Notes: generated from the sequence alone by a model not told the origin. A stretch of DNA of 64,000 nt from Escherichia coli (GCF_003334785.1 NZ_QOWV01000003.1), one strand, 5' to 3'; shown: positions 16,635-29,323, counted from the first letter of the stretch. Numbers and translations: made by a program.

Positions 16635-17616
16635 TTTGCCACTGATGATCACCATCGGCGTCTTTGTGTTGGGTTATCTTTACTGCCTGACCCAGTTTCC
16701 CGGTTTTGCTTCCACAAGAGTGATCTGCAATATCCTGACCGATAACGCCTTTCTTGGGATCATTGCCGTTGGCATGACCTTTGTGATCCTCTCCGGTGGG
16801 ATCGATCTCTCCGTCGGTTCGGTGATCGCCTTTACTGGCGTGTTTCTGGCAAAAGTGATTGGCGATTTCGGCCTCTCGCCGCTACTGGCGTTTCCGCTAG
16901 TGCTGGTGATGGGCTGTGCCTTCGGCGCATTTATGGGGCTTTTGATCGACGCCCTGAAGATCCCGGCATTTATCATTACCCTGGCGGGGATGTTCTTTTT
17001 GCGCGGTGTCAGCTATCTCGTTTCGGAAGAGTCGATTCCGATAAACCATCCCATTTATGACACGCTCTCAAGCCTTGCGTGGAAAATCCCTGGCGGCGGT
17101 CGCTTAAGTGCGATGGGACTGCTGATGTTGGCGGTGGTGGTTATCGGTATTTTCCTCGCGCATCGTACCCGTTTTGGTAATCAGGTATACGCCATTGGCG
17201 GCAACGCAACGTCGGCGAACCTGATGGGGATTTCCACTCGCAGCACCACTATTCGCATTTATATGCTCTCCACCGGACTGGCAACGCTGGCGGGGATTGT
17301 CTTCTCGATTTATACCCAGGCCGGATATGCGCTGGCGGGCGTAGGTGTGGAACTGGATGCTATCGCCTCAGTGGTAATTGGCGGTACGCTTCTGAGCGGT
17401 GGCGTTGGAACGGTATTAGGGACGCTTTTTGGCGTGGCGATTCAGGGGCTAATACAGACTTATATCAACTTTGATGGCACGCTGAGCTCATGGTGGACGA
17501 AAATCGCCATCGGTATTTTGTTATTTATTTTTATAGCATTACAGCGTGGATTAACGGTGCTGTGGGAGAATCGTCAGAGTTCGCCTGTGACAAGAGTCAA
17601 CATTGCGCAGCGATAA
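16621..17616 (+). CDS. yjfF: ABC transporter permease
   Basis: 331-aa multi-TM ORF from GTG 16621 overlapping the ytfT end. Confidence 0.88.
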   Translation: MIKRNLPLMITIGVFVLGYLYCLTQFPGFASTRVICNILTDNAFLGIIAVGMTFVILSGGIDLSVGSVIAFTGVFLAKVIGDFGLSPLLAFPLVLVMGCAFGAFMGLLIDALKIPAFIITLAGMFFLRGVSYLVSEESIPINHPIYDTLSSLAWKIPGGGRLSAMGLLMLAVVVIGIFLAHRTRFGNQVYAIGGNATSANLMGISTRSTTIRIYMLSTGLATLAGIVFSIYTQAGYALAGVGVELDAIASVVIGGTLLSGGVGTVLGTLFGVAIQGLIQTYINFDGTLSSWWTKIAIGILLFIFIALQRGLTVLWENRQSSPVTRVNIAQR

Positions 17617-17648
17617 AAACGCCTCTCCGTGTGGAGAGGCGCAGGAGA

Positions 17649-18647
17649 TTACGCGTCCGGGAACTCACGGATAAAGCGTTCGACATCTTCAACCATATGG
17701 TCGTTGCCGACAAAGAACGAACGGCGCTGGTGCAGAGTTTCCGGGATGATATCCAGAATACGCTCTTTGCCATCGCTCGCTTTACCGCCCGCTTGTTCCG
17801 CCAGGAATGCCATCGGGTTGCACTCATACAGCAAACGCAGTTTGCCGTCCGGGTGGCTGGCGGTGCTTGGGTAGAGATAAATACCGCCTTTCAGCAGGTT
17901 ACGGTGGAAATCCGCGACCAGTGAACCGATATAACGTGAGGTATAAGGGCGGTTGGTGGACTTATCTTCTTCCTGGCAGAATTTAATGTACTTCTTCACC
18001 CCGTTCGGAAACTTAATGTAGTTTCCTTCGTTGATGGAGTAGGTTTTGCCTTTCTCCGGGAAGCGCATCCGTTCCTGGCACAGACAGAAAACGCCCAGCG
18101 AAGGATCGTAAGTAAAGGCGTGAACACCGCATCCGGTGGTGTAAACCAGCATGGTAGAGGAGCCGTATACCACGTAACCTGCCGCAACCTGTTTGTTACC
18201 AGGCTGGAGGAAATCTTCTTCCGTTACCGGCGTGCCAACAGGCGTAACGCGGCGGTAGATGGAGAAAATGGTACCGACAGAGACGTTAACATCGATGTTG
18301 GACGAGCCATCCAGTGGGTCCATCAGCACCACGTATTTTGCGTGTTCACAGCCTTCAAAGACGACAATCTCATCTTCTTCTTCAGAGGCAATGCCCGCAA
18401 CGATATCGCGTGCTTTCAGTGCGGCTTTCAGTTTTTCATTAGCGAACAAGTCGAGTTTCTGCTGAACCTCGCCCTGCACGTTCTCAGCACCGCTGGCACC
18501 CAGGATATCAACCAGTCCTGCTTTGTTGATATCGCGATGGATAATCTTGGCGCCCAGTTTTATTGCCGACAGCAAAGCAGTGAGCTCACCGGTAGCATGA
18601 GAAAACTCGTGCTGCTTTTCGACAATAAATTCACCTAACGTTTTCAT
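17649..18647 (-). CDS. fbp: fructose-1,6-bisphosphatase class 1
   Basis: ATG at 18647; [34 protein letters not shown]...; track ORF start at 18830 is an upstream extension. Confidence 0.95.
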
Positions 18648-18822
18648 AAAACTTTCCCTGCAATGTTTATGGAGTAAAGCGACCGCAACAATCTTAACAA
18701 ATAATCTCAATGTTGCGCTCAGGTGAATCGCGCCAGCAAATTGCGGATTATCCTGAAATGCGTTTCTCACTTGCCCGACATATGCGTAAAATGAGCGGCA
18801 GATTAAAAAAGGATAGTGACGT

Positions 18823-20196
18823 ATGCGCATTCATATTTTAGGAATTTGTGGCACGTTTATGGGCGGTCTGGCGATGCTGGCGCGCCAGTTAGGCCATGAA
18901 GTAACGGGTTCGGACGCCAATGTGTATCCGCCGATGAGCACCTTACTTGAGAAGCAAGGCATTGAACTGATTCAGGGTTACGATGCCAGCCAGCTCGATC
19001 CGCAGCCGGATCTGGTGATTATTGGCAACGCCATGACCCGTGGAAATCCGTGTGTGGAAGCGGTACTGGAAAAAAACATCCCTTATATGTCAGGTCCACA
19101 GTGGCTGCACGATTTTGTGCTGCGCGACCGCTGGGTGCTGGCCGTTGCCGGTACACATGGCAAAACCACCACCGCGGGAATGGCAACCTGGATTCTGGAA
19201 CAGTGCGGTTACAAACCGGGATTTGTGATCGGCGGTGTGCCGGGGAACTTTGAGGTTTCGGCGCGTCTGGGCGAAAGCGACTTCTTTGTTATCGAAGCGG
19301 ATGAGTATGACTGCGCCTTCTTCGACAAACGCTCTAAATTTGTCCATTACTGCCCACGTACGCTGATCCTCAACAACCTTGAGTTCGATCACGCCGATAT
19401 CTTTGACGACCTGAAAGCGATCCAGAAACAGTTCCACCATCTGGTGCGTATCGTTCCGGGGCAGGGCCGTATTATCTGGCCAGAAAACGACATCAACCTG
19501 AAACAGACCATGGCGATGGGCTGCTGGAGCGAGCAGGAGCTGGTGGGTGAGCAGGGGCACTGGCAGGCGAAAAAGCTGACCACCGATGCTTCCGAATGGG
19601 AAGTTTTGCTGGATGGCGAAAAAGTGGGCGAAGTGAAATGGTCGCTGGTAGGCGAACATAATATGCACAATGGCCTGATGGCGATTGCGGCGGCTCGCCA
19701 TGTTGGTGTAGCGCCGGCAGATGCCGCTAACGCGCTGGGTTCGTTTATTAACGCTCGTCGCCGTCTGGAGTTGCGTGGTGAAGCGAATGGCGTCACGGTA
19801 TATGACGATTTTGCCCATCACCCAACGGCGATTCTGGCAACGCTTGCGGCGCTGCGTGGCAAAGTTGGCGGTACGGCGCGCATTATTGCCGTGCTGGAAC
19901 CGCGCTCGAATACCATGAAAATGGGGATCTGCAAAGACGATCTGGCACCTTCATTAGGTCGTGCCGATGAAGTCTTCCTGCTGCAACCGGCGCATATTCC
20001 GTGGCAGGTGGCAGAAGTGGCAGAAGCCTGCGTTCAGCCTGCACACTGGAGTGGCGATGTGGATACGCTGGCAGATATGGTGGTGAAAACCGCTCAGCCT
20101 GGCGACCATATTCTGGTGATGAGCAACGGCGGTTTTGGTGGGATCCATCAGAAACTGCTGGATGGTCTGGCGAAGAAGGCGGAAGCCGCGCAGTAA
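18823..20196 (+). CDS. mpl: UDP-N-acetylmuramate:L-alanyl-gamma-D-glutamyl-meso-diaminopimelate ligase
   Basis: 457-aa [34 protein letters not shown]..., Mur ligase motifs. Confidence 0.95.
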
Positions 20197-20222
20197 TTCG
20201 GCCTTAGCCTGATATAGTGTGC

Positions 20223-20325
20223 GTAGGCCGGATAAGGCGTTCACGCCGCATCCGGCATTTGAGCATAGTGCCTGATGCGACGCTTGATGCGTCTTATCAG
20301 GCCTACAGGTGCACCGCATCCGGCA
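20223..20325. repeat. REP/BIME palindromic elements
   Basis: gtaggccggataaggcgttcacgccgcatccggca and gcctgatgcgacgcttgatgcgtcttatcaggcctac. Confidence 0.8.
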
Positions 20326-20351
20326 AACCATACTCACATCAACAACGAAAA

Positions 20352-20903
20352 TTACCCTTCATTCTCCGCCAGTTCGCGCAGATACTGGAAAATCTGGCGT
20401 GCGGATTTCGGCGGCTTATTCCCTTCTTTCTCTTTCTTCGCGTTGCGGATCAGAGTACGCAGTTGCTGACGATCGGCATCGGGCCACAGATTTAATACCT
20501 CAGCGATGGCGTCATCACCTTGATCGATCAGACGATCGCGCAGGTTTTCCAGTTTATGGAACAGCACCACCTGCTGGTTGTGACGGTTTTTCAGCTTATC
20601 CAGCGCCTGACGAATAGGCTCTACGTCGCGCTGGCGCAGCATCTTACCGATGAGCTGCAACTGGCGGCGGCGACCTTCCATCTTAATACGCTGGGCGAGC
20701 TCAATAGCCGCGCGCAGATCCGCATCTAACGGGATCTTATCCAGCGCGTTTTTCCCCAGATCAACAATTTCCGCGCCAAGGCGTTTTAGCTCCTCGGCAT
20801 CACGTTTAATTTCACTTTTACTGACCCAGATAATTTCATCGTCTTCGTCTTCGATGTCATCACCGGGAACGTCGTCGAGCCAGTCTTCGGGCTGCTTAGT
20901 CAT
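20352..20903 (-). CDS. yjgA: ribosome-associated protein YjgA (DarP)
   Basis: 183-aa [46 protein letters not shown]... Confidence 0.9.
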
Positions 20904-20997
20904 CTCAGGCTCCTTAAAAAAAAGAGGCTAATGTTACCAGTTAAGATGCGCACTGAAAAACGGTTCTCTGTTAGACTTCAGAGAAACTCTCTACATT

Positions 20998-22350
20998 ATG
21001 GCACTTGCAATGAAAGTAATCTCTCAAGTTGAAGCGCAGCGCAAGATTCTGGAAGAAGCAGTTTCCACTGCGCTGGAGTTGGCCTCAGGCAAATCGGACG
21101 GTGCGGAAGTTGCCGTCAGCAAGACCACCGGCATTAGCGTAAGCACGCGTTATGGTGAAGTGGAGAATGTTGAATTCAATAGCGATGGCGCGCTGGGGAT
21201 CACTGTTTATCACCAGAACCGCAAAGGTAGCGCATCATCCACCGATTTAAGCCCGCAGGCCATTGCCCGTACTGTACAGGCGGCGCTGGATATTGCCCGT
21301 TATACCTCGCCAGATCCCTGTGCCGGCGTGGCAGACAAAGAGCTGCTGGCCTTTGACGCACCAGATCTCGACTTGTTCCACCCTGCGGAAGTTTCCCCGG
21401 ATGAAGCCATTGAACTGGCGGCCCGCGCAGAACAGGCGGCATTGCAGGCGGACAAACGCATCACCAATACCGAAGGTGGCAGCTTTAACAGCCACTACGG
21501 TGTCAAAGTTTTTGGCAACAGCCACGGCATGTTGCAGGGTTACTGCTCAACGCGTCATTCGCTCTCCAGCTGTGTAATTGCCGAAGAAAATGGCGATATG
21601 GAGCGTGATTACGCCTACACCATTGGTCGTGCGATGAGCGATCTGCAAACGCCAGAGTGGGTTGGGGCCGACTGTGCTCGCCGTACTTTATCGCGCCTGT
21701 CACCGCGTAAACTCTCCACCATGAAAGCGCCGGTCATTTTTGCCAATGAAGTGGCAACCGGGCTTTTTGGCCATCTGGTGGGGGCGATAGCGGGTGGATC
21801 GGTTTACCGTAAATCCACCTTCCTGCTGGATTCGCTGGGTAAACAAATTCTGCCGGACTGGCTGACCATTGAAGAGCATCCGCATCTGCTGAAAGGGCTG
21901 GCATCGACGCCATTTGACAGCGAAGGTGTGCGCACCGAGCGTCGCGATATTATTAAAGATGGCATCCTGACTCAGTGGCTGCTGACCAGCTACTCGGCGC
22001 GGAAACTGGGGCTGAAAAGCACCGGACATGCGGGCGGTATTCACAACTGGCGGATTGCCGGACAAGGGCTAAGCTTCGAACAAATGCTCAAAGAGATGGG
22101 TACCGGGCTGGTGGTGACGGAGCTGATGGGCCAGGGCGTGAGTGCCATTACCGGTGATTATTCCCGTGGTGCAGCGGGCTTCTGGGTAGAGAATGGCGAA
22201 ATTCAGTATCCGGTTAGCGAAATCACCATCGCAGGTAATTTAAAAGATATGTGGCGCAATATTGTCACCGTCGGTAACGATATTGAAACACGCAGTAATA
22301 TACAGTGTGGTTCTGTGCTGTTGCCGGAGATGAAAATCGCCGGGCAGTAA
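20998..22350 (+). CDS. pmbA: metalloprotease PmbA/TldE
   Basis: 450-aa [25 protein letters not shown]... Confidence 0.93.
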
Positions 22351-22529
22351 AAAACTGGCGCGACCTGCCGCGCTATAAACTAAAAAATTACACAAAATCA
22401 TTCGCACTGCATCGAGACGGAAAGTGAATGAGGGCCGGGGAGCGTACTCGCAGTACGTGACCCGGGCGAATGAGCGTAGCCGTCGATGAGGCAGTGTGAA
22501 GGATGAAGTGTAAATAAAAAAGGAAGTGA

Positions 22530-22919
<390 letters not shown>

Positions 22920-22963
22920 TTCCTCATTTCCCTGTTGCCTGCACTCAGGTAACAGGGAACTTA

Positions 22964-23428
22964 TCATCGCAAATGATGCACCACCTGATTGCTGCTGCCG
23001 CGCCAGATCAGGGAAGGGTCTTTTAAATCCTGCACAAATTTGCCGTCGACCAGTACGTTAATCAAATCAACAACCTGCATTTGCGCAGCGTTGAGATCGT
23101 CGAGTTTATAGCCTGTCCACACCCAGATGTCTTTATCCGGACACTCGGCGCGGATGCGTTTTACCAGTTTCAGAATATCCGGCACGTTTTGCGGATGCAG
23201 CGGATCGCCGCCGGAGAGGGAAATCCCCTGGCGTTTGATACGAGTGTCATTCAGATCGTTAATGATCTGGTCTTCCATTGCTTTGGTAAATGGCTGACCA
23301 GAATTTACCCGCCATGTGCTTTTGTTATAGCAACCGGGGCATTCATGAACACACCCGGAGACAAACAGGGTGCAGCGAGTGCCGGGGCCGTTGACGATGT
23401 CGACAGGATAGTACTGATGATAATTCAT
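22964..23428 (-). CDS. nrdG: anaerobic ribonucleotide reductase activating protein
   Basis: 154-aa ORF with radical-SAM CxxxCxxC motif (GCVHECPGCYNK). Confidence 0.95.
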   Translation of the reverse strand: MNYHQYYPVDIVNGPGTRCTLFVSGCVHECPGCYNKSTWRVNSGQPFTKAMEDQIINDLNDTRIKRQGISLSGGDPLHPQNVPDILKLVKRIRAECPDKDIWVWTGYKLDDLNAAQMQVVDLINVLVDGKFVQDLKDPSLIWRGSSNQVVHHLR

Positions 23429-23454
23429 TATTTCGCCTGGCTTATCAGTCCGCG

Positions 23455-23566
<112 letters not shown>

Positions 23567-23585
23567 GCTTAACGTAGAGTGAAGA

Positions 23586-25724
23586 TTAACCTATCTGCCC
23601 ATTTCCCAAATGTTTAACGCGGCGCTTAACTTCTTCCTGCTTACCGGCGTTAAATGGACGTGCATCCGGGCTACCTAAATATCCGCACACGCGGCGAGTT
23701 ACCGACACACGGGAGGCGTCATGGTTACCACATTTCGGGCAAGTGAAGCCTTTGCTGGTGCACTCGAACTCACCGGTAAAGCCACACTCGTAGCACTCAT
23801 CAATCGGTGTATTGGTGCCGTAATACGGTACATGCTGATAGCTGTAATCCCAGACATCTTCCAGCGCCTTCAGGTTGTGCTGAATGTTTGGATACTCGCC
23901 GTAGCAAATGAAACCACCGTTCGCCAGCGGCGGGTAAGGCGCTTCAAAGTCGATCTTGTCGTACGGGTTCACCTTCTTCTCCACATCGAGGTGGAAACTG
24001 TTGGTGTAGTAACCTTTATCGGTCACGCCCGGCACCACGCCAAACTCAGCAGTATCGAGACGGCAGAAGCGGTCGCACAGGTTTTCACTCGGCGTGCTGT
24101 AGAGACTGAAACCATAACCCGTTTCTTCTTTCCACTGATCCACTGCCTGACGCAGACGTTCAACAATGGCGATACCTTTCGCGCGAAGCTGCTCGTTGTC
24201 GTAAACATGCTCGCCGCCGAACAGCGCGTTAATGGTTTCGTGGATGCCGATGTAACCCAGCGAAATAGACGCACGACCGTTTTTGAAGATTTCAGAAACA
24301 TCATCGTCAGCATTGAGACGCACGCCACAAGCACCTTCCATATAGAGGATCGGGGCCACGCGCGCTTTCACGCCTTCGAGACGAGCGATACGGGTCATCA
24401 GCGCCTTACGTGCCAGCACCAGACGTTCATCCAGCAGCTTCCAGAAGGTGGCTTCATCGCCTTTTGCTTCCAGAGCAATACGCGGCAGGTTCAGGCTGAT
24501 CACGCCGAGGTTGTTACGACCATCGTGGATCTGCTCGCCGTTTTCATTTTCCCACACGCCGAGGAAGCTGCGGCAGCCCATCGGGGTTTTAAACGAACCG
24601 GTGACTTTCACTACCTGATCGTAGTTCAGGATATCCGGATACATGCGCTTGCTTGCGCACTCCAGCGCCAGCTGTTTGATGTCGTAGTTCGGATCGCCTT
24701 TTTTATGGTTCAGACCATCGCGAATCGCAAACACCAGTTTCGGGAACACCGCAGTTTTACGGTTTTTACCGAGACCTGCGATACGGTTACGCAGGATAGA
24801 TTCCTGAATCAGGCGCGATTCCCAGCTGGTGCCCAGACCAAAACCAAAAGTTACAAACGGCGTTTGACCGTTGGCGGTATGCAGGGTGTTTACTTCGTAC
24901 TCCAGCGACTGGAAGGCATCGTAGCACTCTTTAATGGTACGAGAGTTAGCGTAGCCTTCTGCGTCCGGGATGCTCCACTCTTCTGCGGTCTTGCGATGTT
25001 TGTTGTAGCTGGCGGTGACAAACGGTGCCAGCACTTCATCGATACGGTTAATGGTGGTGCCGCCATAAATATGGCTGGCAACCTGAGCAATAATCTGCGC
25101 AGTTACCGCGGTTGCCGTTGAGATCGACTTCGGCGGTTCAATCTCGGCGTTCCCCATTTTAAAGCCCTGGGTCAGCATGCCTTTCAGGTCGATCAACATG
25201 CAGTTGAACATCGGGAAAAACGGTGAGTAATCGAGATCGTGATAGTGAATATCGCCACGCTCATGTGCCTGCACCACGTCACGCGGCAGCAGGTGCTGAC
25301 GTGCATAGTGTTTAGCCACGATCCCGGCCAGCAGGTCGCGCTGGGTTGGAATCACCTTGCTGTCTTTGTTGGCGTTTTCGTTGAGTAACGAGGCGTTGGT
25401 CTGCTCGACCAGACCACGGATCTCCTGGTTCAGGCGACCGCGTTTTTCACGTTCAATGTCGCGATCGTGACGGTACTCGATGTAAGCACGAGCCAGTTGT
25501 TTGTATGGACCCGACATCAGCTGGTTTTCAACTGCGGTCTGGATCTCATTGATATCCACCTGGTTGCGGCCCTGCATCTGCTCGCTGACAACCGCGGCAA
25601 CAGTGGCGCAATAATCGGCATCATCGACTTCCGCTGCTTTAGCTGCACGCAGAATCGCTTCTTTGATGCGCTCTGATTTAAACGGCACTTTGCAGCCGTC
25701 TCGTTTCATCACATGCGGTGTCAT
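23586..25724 (-). CDS. nrdD: anaerobic ribonucleoside-triphosphate reductase
   Basis: 712-aa ORF with N-terminal ATP-cone, C-terminal Zn-ribbon (CxxC...CxxC) and glycyl-radical region. Confidence 0.95.
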   Translation of the reverse strand: MTPHVMKRDGCKVPFKSERIKEAILRAAKAAEVDDADYCATVAAVVSEQMQGRNQVDINEIQTAVENQLMSGPYKQLARAYIEYRHDRDIEREKRGRLNQEIRGLVEQTNASLLNENANKDSKVIPTQRDLLAGIVAKHYARQHLLPRDVVQAHERGDIHYHDLDYSPFFPMFNCMLIDLKGMLTQGFKMGNAEIEPPKSISTATAVTAQIIAQVASHIYGGTTINRIDEVLAPFVTASYNKHRKTAEEWSIPDAEGYANSRTIKECYDAFQSLEYEVNTLHTANGQTPFVTFGFGLGTSWESRLIQESILRNRIAGLGKNRKTAVFPKLVFAIRDGLNHKKGDPNYDIKQLALECASKRMYPDILNYDQVVKVTGSFKTPMGCRSFLGVWENENGEQIHDGRNNLGVISLNLPRIALEAKGDEATFWKLLDERLVLARKALMTRIARLEGVKARVAPILYMEGACGVRLNADDDVSEIFKNGRASISLGYIGIHETINALFGGEHVYDNEQLRAKGIAIVERLRQAVDQWKEETGYGFSLYSTPSENLCDRFCRLDTAEFGVVPGVTDKGYYTNSFHLDVEKKVNPYDKIDFEAPYPPLANGGFICYGEYPNIQHNLKALEDVWDYSYQHVPYYGTNTPIDECYECGFTGEFECTSKGFTCPKCGNHDASRVSVTRRVCGYLGSPDARPFNAGKQEEVKRRVKHLGNGQIG

Positions 25725-25959
25725 GATCGCTCCATATTTTTAAGAACAGGTTATCCACAGAAATTGGGAAAGGCGTTTTCCGGTTTTTTCGTTTCGTTTT
25801 CCGGTGCTTTCCGCAATCGCCATCCGCTTATCCACAACGCCGCACCTTTTTCGTGGGGAGCTGTAGTAGCAATTATAGTCGATTAATACAACATATTGGG
25901 TTGGGACGCATTTTAAAGTCTATATATAGTGCTTTGCATCAAGGATGTTTGAACTTTTT

Positions 25960-25973
25960 TTGATGTAGCTCAA
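25960..25973. promoter_or_regulatory. candidate FNR box upstream of nrdDG
   Basis: TTGAT-gtag-CTCAA, one mismatch from TTGAT-N4-ATCAA, about 240 bp upstream of nrdD start. Confidence 0.4.
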
Positions 25974-26117
25974 AGTAAAAAGCAGAGCGTACGGATGACG
26001 GGCGCTACAGCGTTATGTAAATTTTTTAATGAATTTGCTGGTTGAAAAATCAACAAAAACAACATGCTGACAGACAAAACCCCGGAATGACCGGCATTAC
26101 CGGGGCTTAGGGAAGAT

Positions 26118-27773
26118 TTACTTCTGTAACCACCAGACAGCCTCAAAAGGCCGTAAATTCATGGCACAGGGTTGTGGTGAGGCTTCTTCGTAGTTATGCA
26201 TCACAAGCTGCCAGTTGCCGCGCATTTGCCCTGGCTGCCAGGGTTGGATCTCACGGCTAAGGTTGGCAATGACCAGCAAGGTTTGCCCCTTCCATTCACG
26301 GCGATAGCACCACAATACAGGGCTGTTTGGCAGCAGATCCTGGTAATTGCCCCATGTCAGGATGGCTTCCTGCTTACGCAGTGCGATTAACTTTTGGTAG
26401 GTGTAAAACACCGAGGAATCATCGGCCAGCGCGGCTTCTACGTTGATTTGTTGATAGTTATCGCCCAGGCCAATCCACGGTTCGCCAGCCGTAAACCCGG
26501 CATTATCGCCGTTGCTCCATTGCATGGGCGTGCGGCTGTTGTCACGGGATTTACTGGCGAGGATTGCCAATAACTCGTCGGCATCACGCCCATCGTTGCG
26601 CAGCTCGGCAAACATATTGAGGCTCTCCACGTCGCGATAGTCAGTAATGCGCGTGAAATGCGGGTTGGTCATGCCAATCTCTTCGCCCTGGTAGATATAC
26701 GGCGTTCCCTGCATGCCATGCAGCACCATCGCTAGCATTTTTGCCGCAGGCACGCGGTATTCACCTTCATCACCAAAGCGAGAAACAATGCGCGGCTGAT
26801 CGTGGTTACACCAGAACAAGGCATTCCATGCTACGTTGTGCATTCCTTGTTGCCAGTGGCGGAACAATGTTTTCAACGCCACAAAGTCAGGTTTAGCCAG
26901 CGTCCATTTTTCACCACCGGGATAATCGACCTTCAGGTGATGAAAATTAAAGGTCATCGATAATTCACTGCCTGCCAGTGCCGCGTATCGCTGGCAATGC
27001 TCAAGGCTGGTGGAGGACATTTCACCTACGGTCATTAACCCGCGTGGCGTAAACACATCGCGGTTCATCTCGTGCAAAAACTCGTGTGCTCGTGGCCCGT
27101 CGGTGTAGAAGCGACGCCCGTCGCCATCCAGGTCTTCAGGGAAACGCGGGTCTTTGGAGATCAGATTCACCACATCCAGGCGCAACCCATCGACCCCACG
27201 ATCGGCCCAGAATTCACAGACTTTTTTCAGCTCTGCGCGTACCGCTGGATTCTCCCAGTTGAGATCCGCCTGTTCTGGTGCAAAGAGATGCAAATAGTAC
27301 TGTTCGCTTTCCGCATGCCAGCGCCACGCACTACCGCCAAATTTTGAACGCCAGTTATTCGGTGGCGTTTCTGGTTCGCCATCGCGCCAGATATAAAACT
27401 GGCGGTAAGGGCTTTCTTTGTTCAGCGCCTCGCGAAACCAGGCATGTTGGGTAGAGGTATGGTTAAACACCATATCGAGAATGATACGAATCCCGCGCGA
27501 TTTTGCCTGCGTCACCAGTTCGTCAAAATCGTCCAGCGTGCCGTAGGTGGGATCAATCGCCGTATAGTTCGCTACGTCGTAACCGTTATCGACCTGGGGA
27601 GAGACATAAAAGGGGGTTAGCCAGATGGCATCAACGCCCAGTTTATGCAGATAGTCCAGGCGTTGGATAACGCCACGTAAATCGCCGGTACCGCTACCCG
27701 TGGTGTCCTGAAAACTCTTTGGATAAATCTGGTAGATAACGCCGTTTTGCCACCAGTGGGGAAGATTAGTCAT
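26118..27773 (-). CDS. treC: trehalose-6-phosphate hydrolase
   Basis: ATG at 27773; MTNLPHWWQNGVIYQIYPKSFQDTTGSG..., GH13 alpha-amylase-family motifs; track ORF is N-terminally extended. Confidence 0.95.
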   Translation of the reverse strand: MTNLPHWWQNGVIYQIYPKSFQDTTGSGTGDLRGVIQRLDYLHKLGVDAIWLTPFYVSPQVDNGYDVANYTAIDPTYGTLDDFDELVTQAKSRGIRIILDMVFNHTSTQHAWFREALNKESPYRQFYIWRDGEPETPPNNWRSKFGGSAWRWHAESEQYYLHLFAPEQADLNWENPAVRAELKKVCEFWADRGVDGLRLDVVNLISKDPRFPEDLDGDGRRFYTDGPRAHEFLHEMNRDVFTPRGLMTVGEMSSTSLEHCQRYAALAGSELSMTFNFHHLKVDYPGGEKWTLAKPDFVALKTLFRHWQQGMHNVAWNALFWCNHDQPRIVSRFGDEGEYRVPAAKMLAMVLHGMQGTPYIYQGEEIGMTNPHFTRITDYRDVESLNMFAELRNDGRDADELLAILASKSRDNSRTPMQWSNGDNAGFTAGEPWIGLGDNYQQINVEAALADDSSVFYTYQKLIALRKQEAILTWGNYQDLLPNSPVLWCYRREWKGQTLLVIANLSREIQPWQPGQMRGNWQLVMHNYEEASPQPCAMNLRPFEAVWWLQK

Positions 27774-27822
27774 TACGTTATTCCTGCGAATGCGAGGGGG
27801 CGCAATTGCGCCCCGAAGAAAA

Positions 27823-29244
27823 TTAAACAATGTCCAGCGTGCCCAGGCGGTATTTCCGCTGATAGATAAACGAGGTGAGTACAATCGGGATGATGATGGC
27901 GATAGCCATTGCCAGCGCAAACACCTGCCAGTAGCTCGGTTGAATCGAGAGAATTCCCGGCAGGCCGCCTACGCCGATGCCATTCGCCATAACGCCGTTC
28001 AGGCCGCATAGCAATCCTGCCAGACCAGAACCAATCATCGCGCACAGCATCGGGAAGCGATATTTCAGGTTGATGCCGTACATTGCAGGCTCAGTGACCC
28101 CAAGCCAGGCGGAGATAGCGGCAGGCACGGAGATCTCGCGTTCATTGTGCTTGCGGCTGGAAATGATAATGCCTATCACGGCGGAGCCCTGAGCGATATT
28201 CGACAGCGCAATCAGCGGCCACACTGGCGTACCACCCATGCTTTGAATCATCTGCAAATCAATAGCAAGCGTGGTCTGGTGTACACCGGTGATCACCAGC
28301 GGGGCGTACAGGAAGCCAAACAATGCTGCGCCAATAGGTGCAAAGCTGCCGGTCATCAGGTGACGTACCGCAAAGGCAACGCCATCGCCAATCATGCGTC
28401 CAAACGGACCAATCAGCGCATGGGCGAGGAACACCGCGAGGATCAGCGAACAGACGGGCACCACCACCAGATAGAGGTAATCCGGCACGATGCGTTTAAG
28501 GCGAGTTTCAATAACGCCCAGCGCCAGCCCGGCTAACAGTGCCGGGATCACCTGCGCCTGATAGCCTACTTTGGCGATGCTGAACATGCCAAAGTCCCAC
28601 ACTTCCGGCAGCTGCTGCCCGAGCAGATAAGCGTTCATCAGCTGTGGAGAAACCAGCGTTACGCCAAGTACGATACCAAGGATCGGCGTGCCGCCCATTT
28701 TTTTCACCGCTGACCAGCAAATCCCGACCGGCAGGTAGAAGAAGATCGCTTCACCGATCAACCACAGAAAATCGTAGATCGTTTGCAGGGAAGGGTACAT
28801 TTGCGCCAGCGTTTGACCGTTGCTCATGGGCAAATCGCCGATCACATTGCGAAAACCGAGGATCAAACCGCCGCTAATCAACGCGGGCAGCAACGGGAAG
28901 AAGATCTCCGCGAAATGAGAGATCAACTGCTCATGCCATTTCATATTCTGCCGGGCGGCTTTTTTTACCTGCTCTTTATCAACCTGCGCCTGTCCGGTTG
29001 ACGCAATCAGTGCTTGATAGTAATCACCCACATTGGTGCCAATCACCACCTGAAATTGCCCGGCATTGGTGAAACAGCCTTTCACCATGGGGAGTTGCTC
29101 AATTTCTTTCGGTCTGGCATTGGCCGGTTGGTTGAGGACAAAGCGCAGGCGAGTAATACAGTGGCTCACCGTCGCAATATTGCCGCGCCCGCCGACCAGT
29201 TCAATCAACCGATCGATATCCGTTTGGTTTATTTTGCTCATCAT
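27823..29244 (-). CDS. treB: PTS trehalose-specific EIIBC component
   Basis: 473-aa ORF MMSKINQTDIDRLIELVGG..., EIIB Cys motif (VSHCITRLR), multi-TM EIIC. Confidence 0.95.
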   Translation of the reverse strand: MMSKINQTDIDRLIELVGGRGNIATVSHCITRLRFVLNQPANARPKEIEQLPMVKGCFTNAGQFQVVIGTNVGDYYQALIASTGQAQVDKEQVKKAARQNMKWHEQLISHFAEIFFPLLPALISGGLILGFRNVIGDLPMSNGQTLAQMYPSLQTIYDFLWLIGEAIFFYLPVGICWSAVKKMGGTPILGIVLGVTLVSPQLMNAYLLGQQLPEVWDFGMFSIAKVGYQAQVIPALLAGLALGVIETRLKRIVPDYLYLVVVPVCSLILAVFLAHALIGPFGRMIGDGVAFAVRHLMTGSFAPIGAALFGFLYAPLVITGVHQTTLAIDLQMIQSMGGTPVWPLIALSNIAQGSAVIGIIISSRKHNEREISVPAAISAWLGVTEPAMYGINLKYRFPMLCAMIGSGLAGLLCGLNGVMANGIGVGGLPGILSIQPSYWQVFALAMAIAIIIPIVLTSFIYQRKYRLGTLDIV

Positions 29245-29309
29245 AAAGCCCCATGGCAGATGACATTTTTGGTTGGCTGCAGAATATATTGCGCGGAAAA
29301 ATTTAAAAA

Positions 29310-29323
29310 CGGGAACGTTCCCG
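29310..29323. promoter_or_regulatory. candidate TreR operator in treB promoter
   Basis: Perfect 14-bp palindrome CGGGAACGTTCCCG between treR and treB, typical LacI-family operator geometry. Confidence 0.55.

Noticed and set aside
23721-25121. 466-aa plus-strand ORF antisense to nrdD
   Set aside because: Antisense to nrdD, which has clear ATP-cone and glycyl-radical signatures; no independent support.
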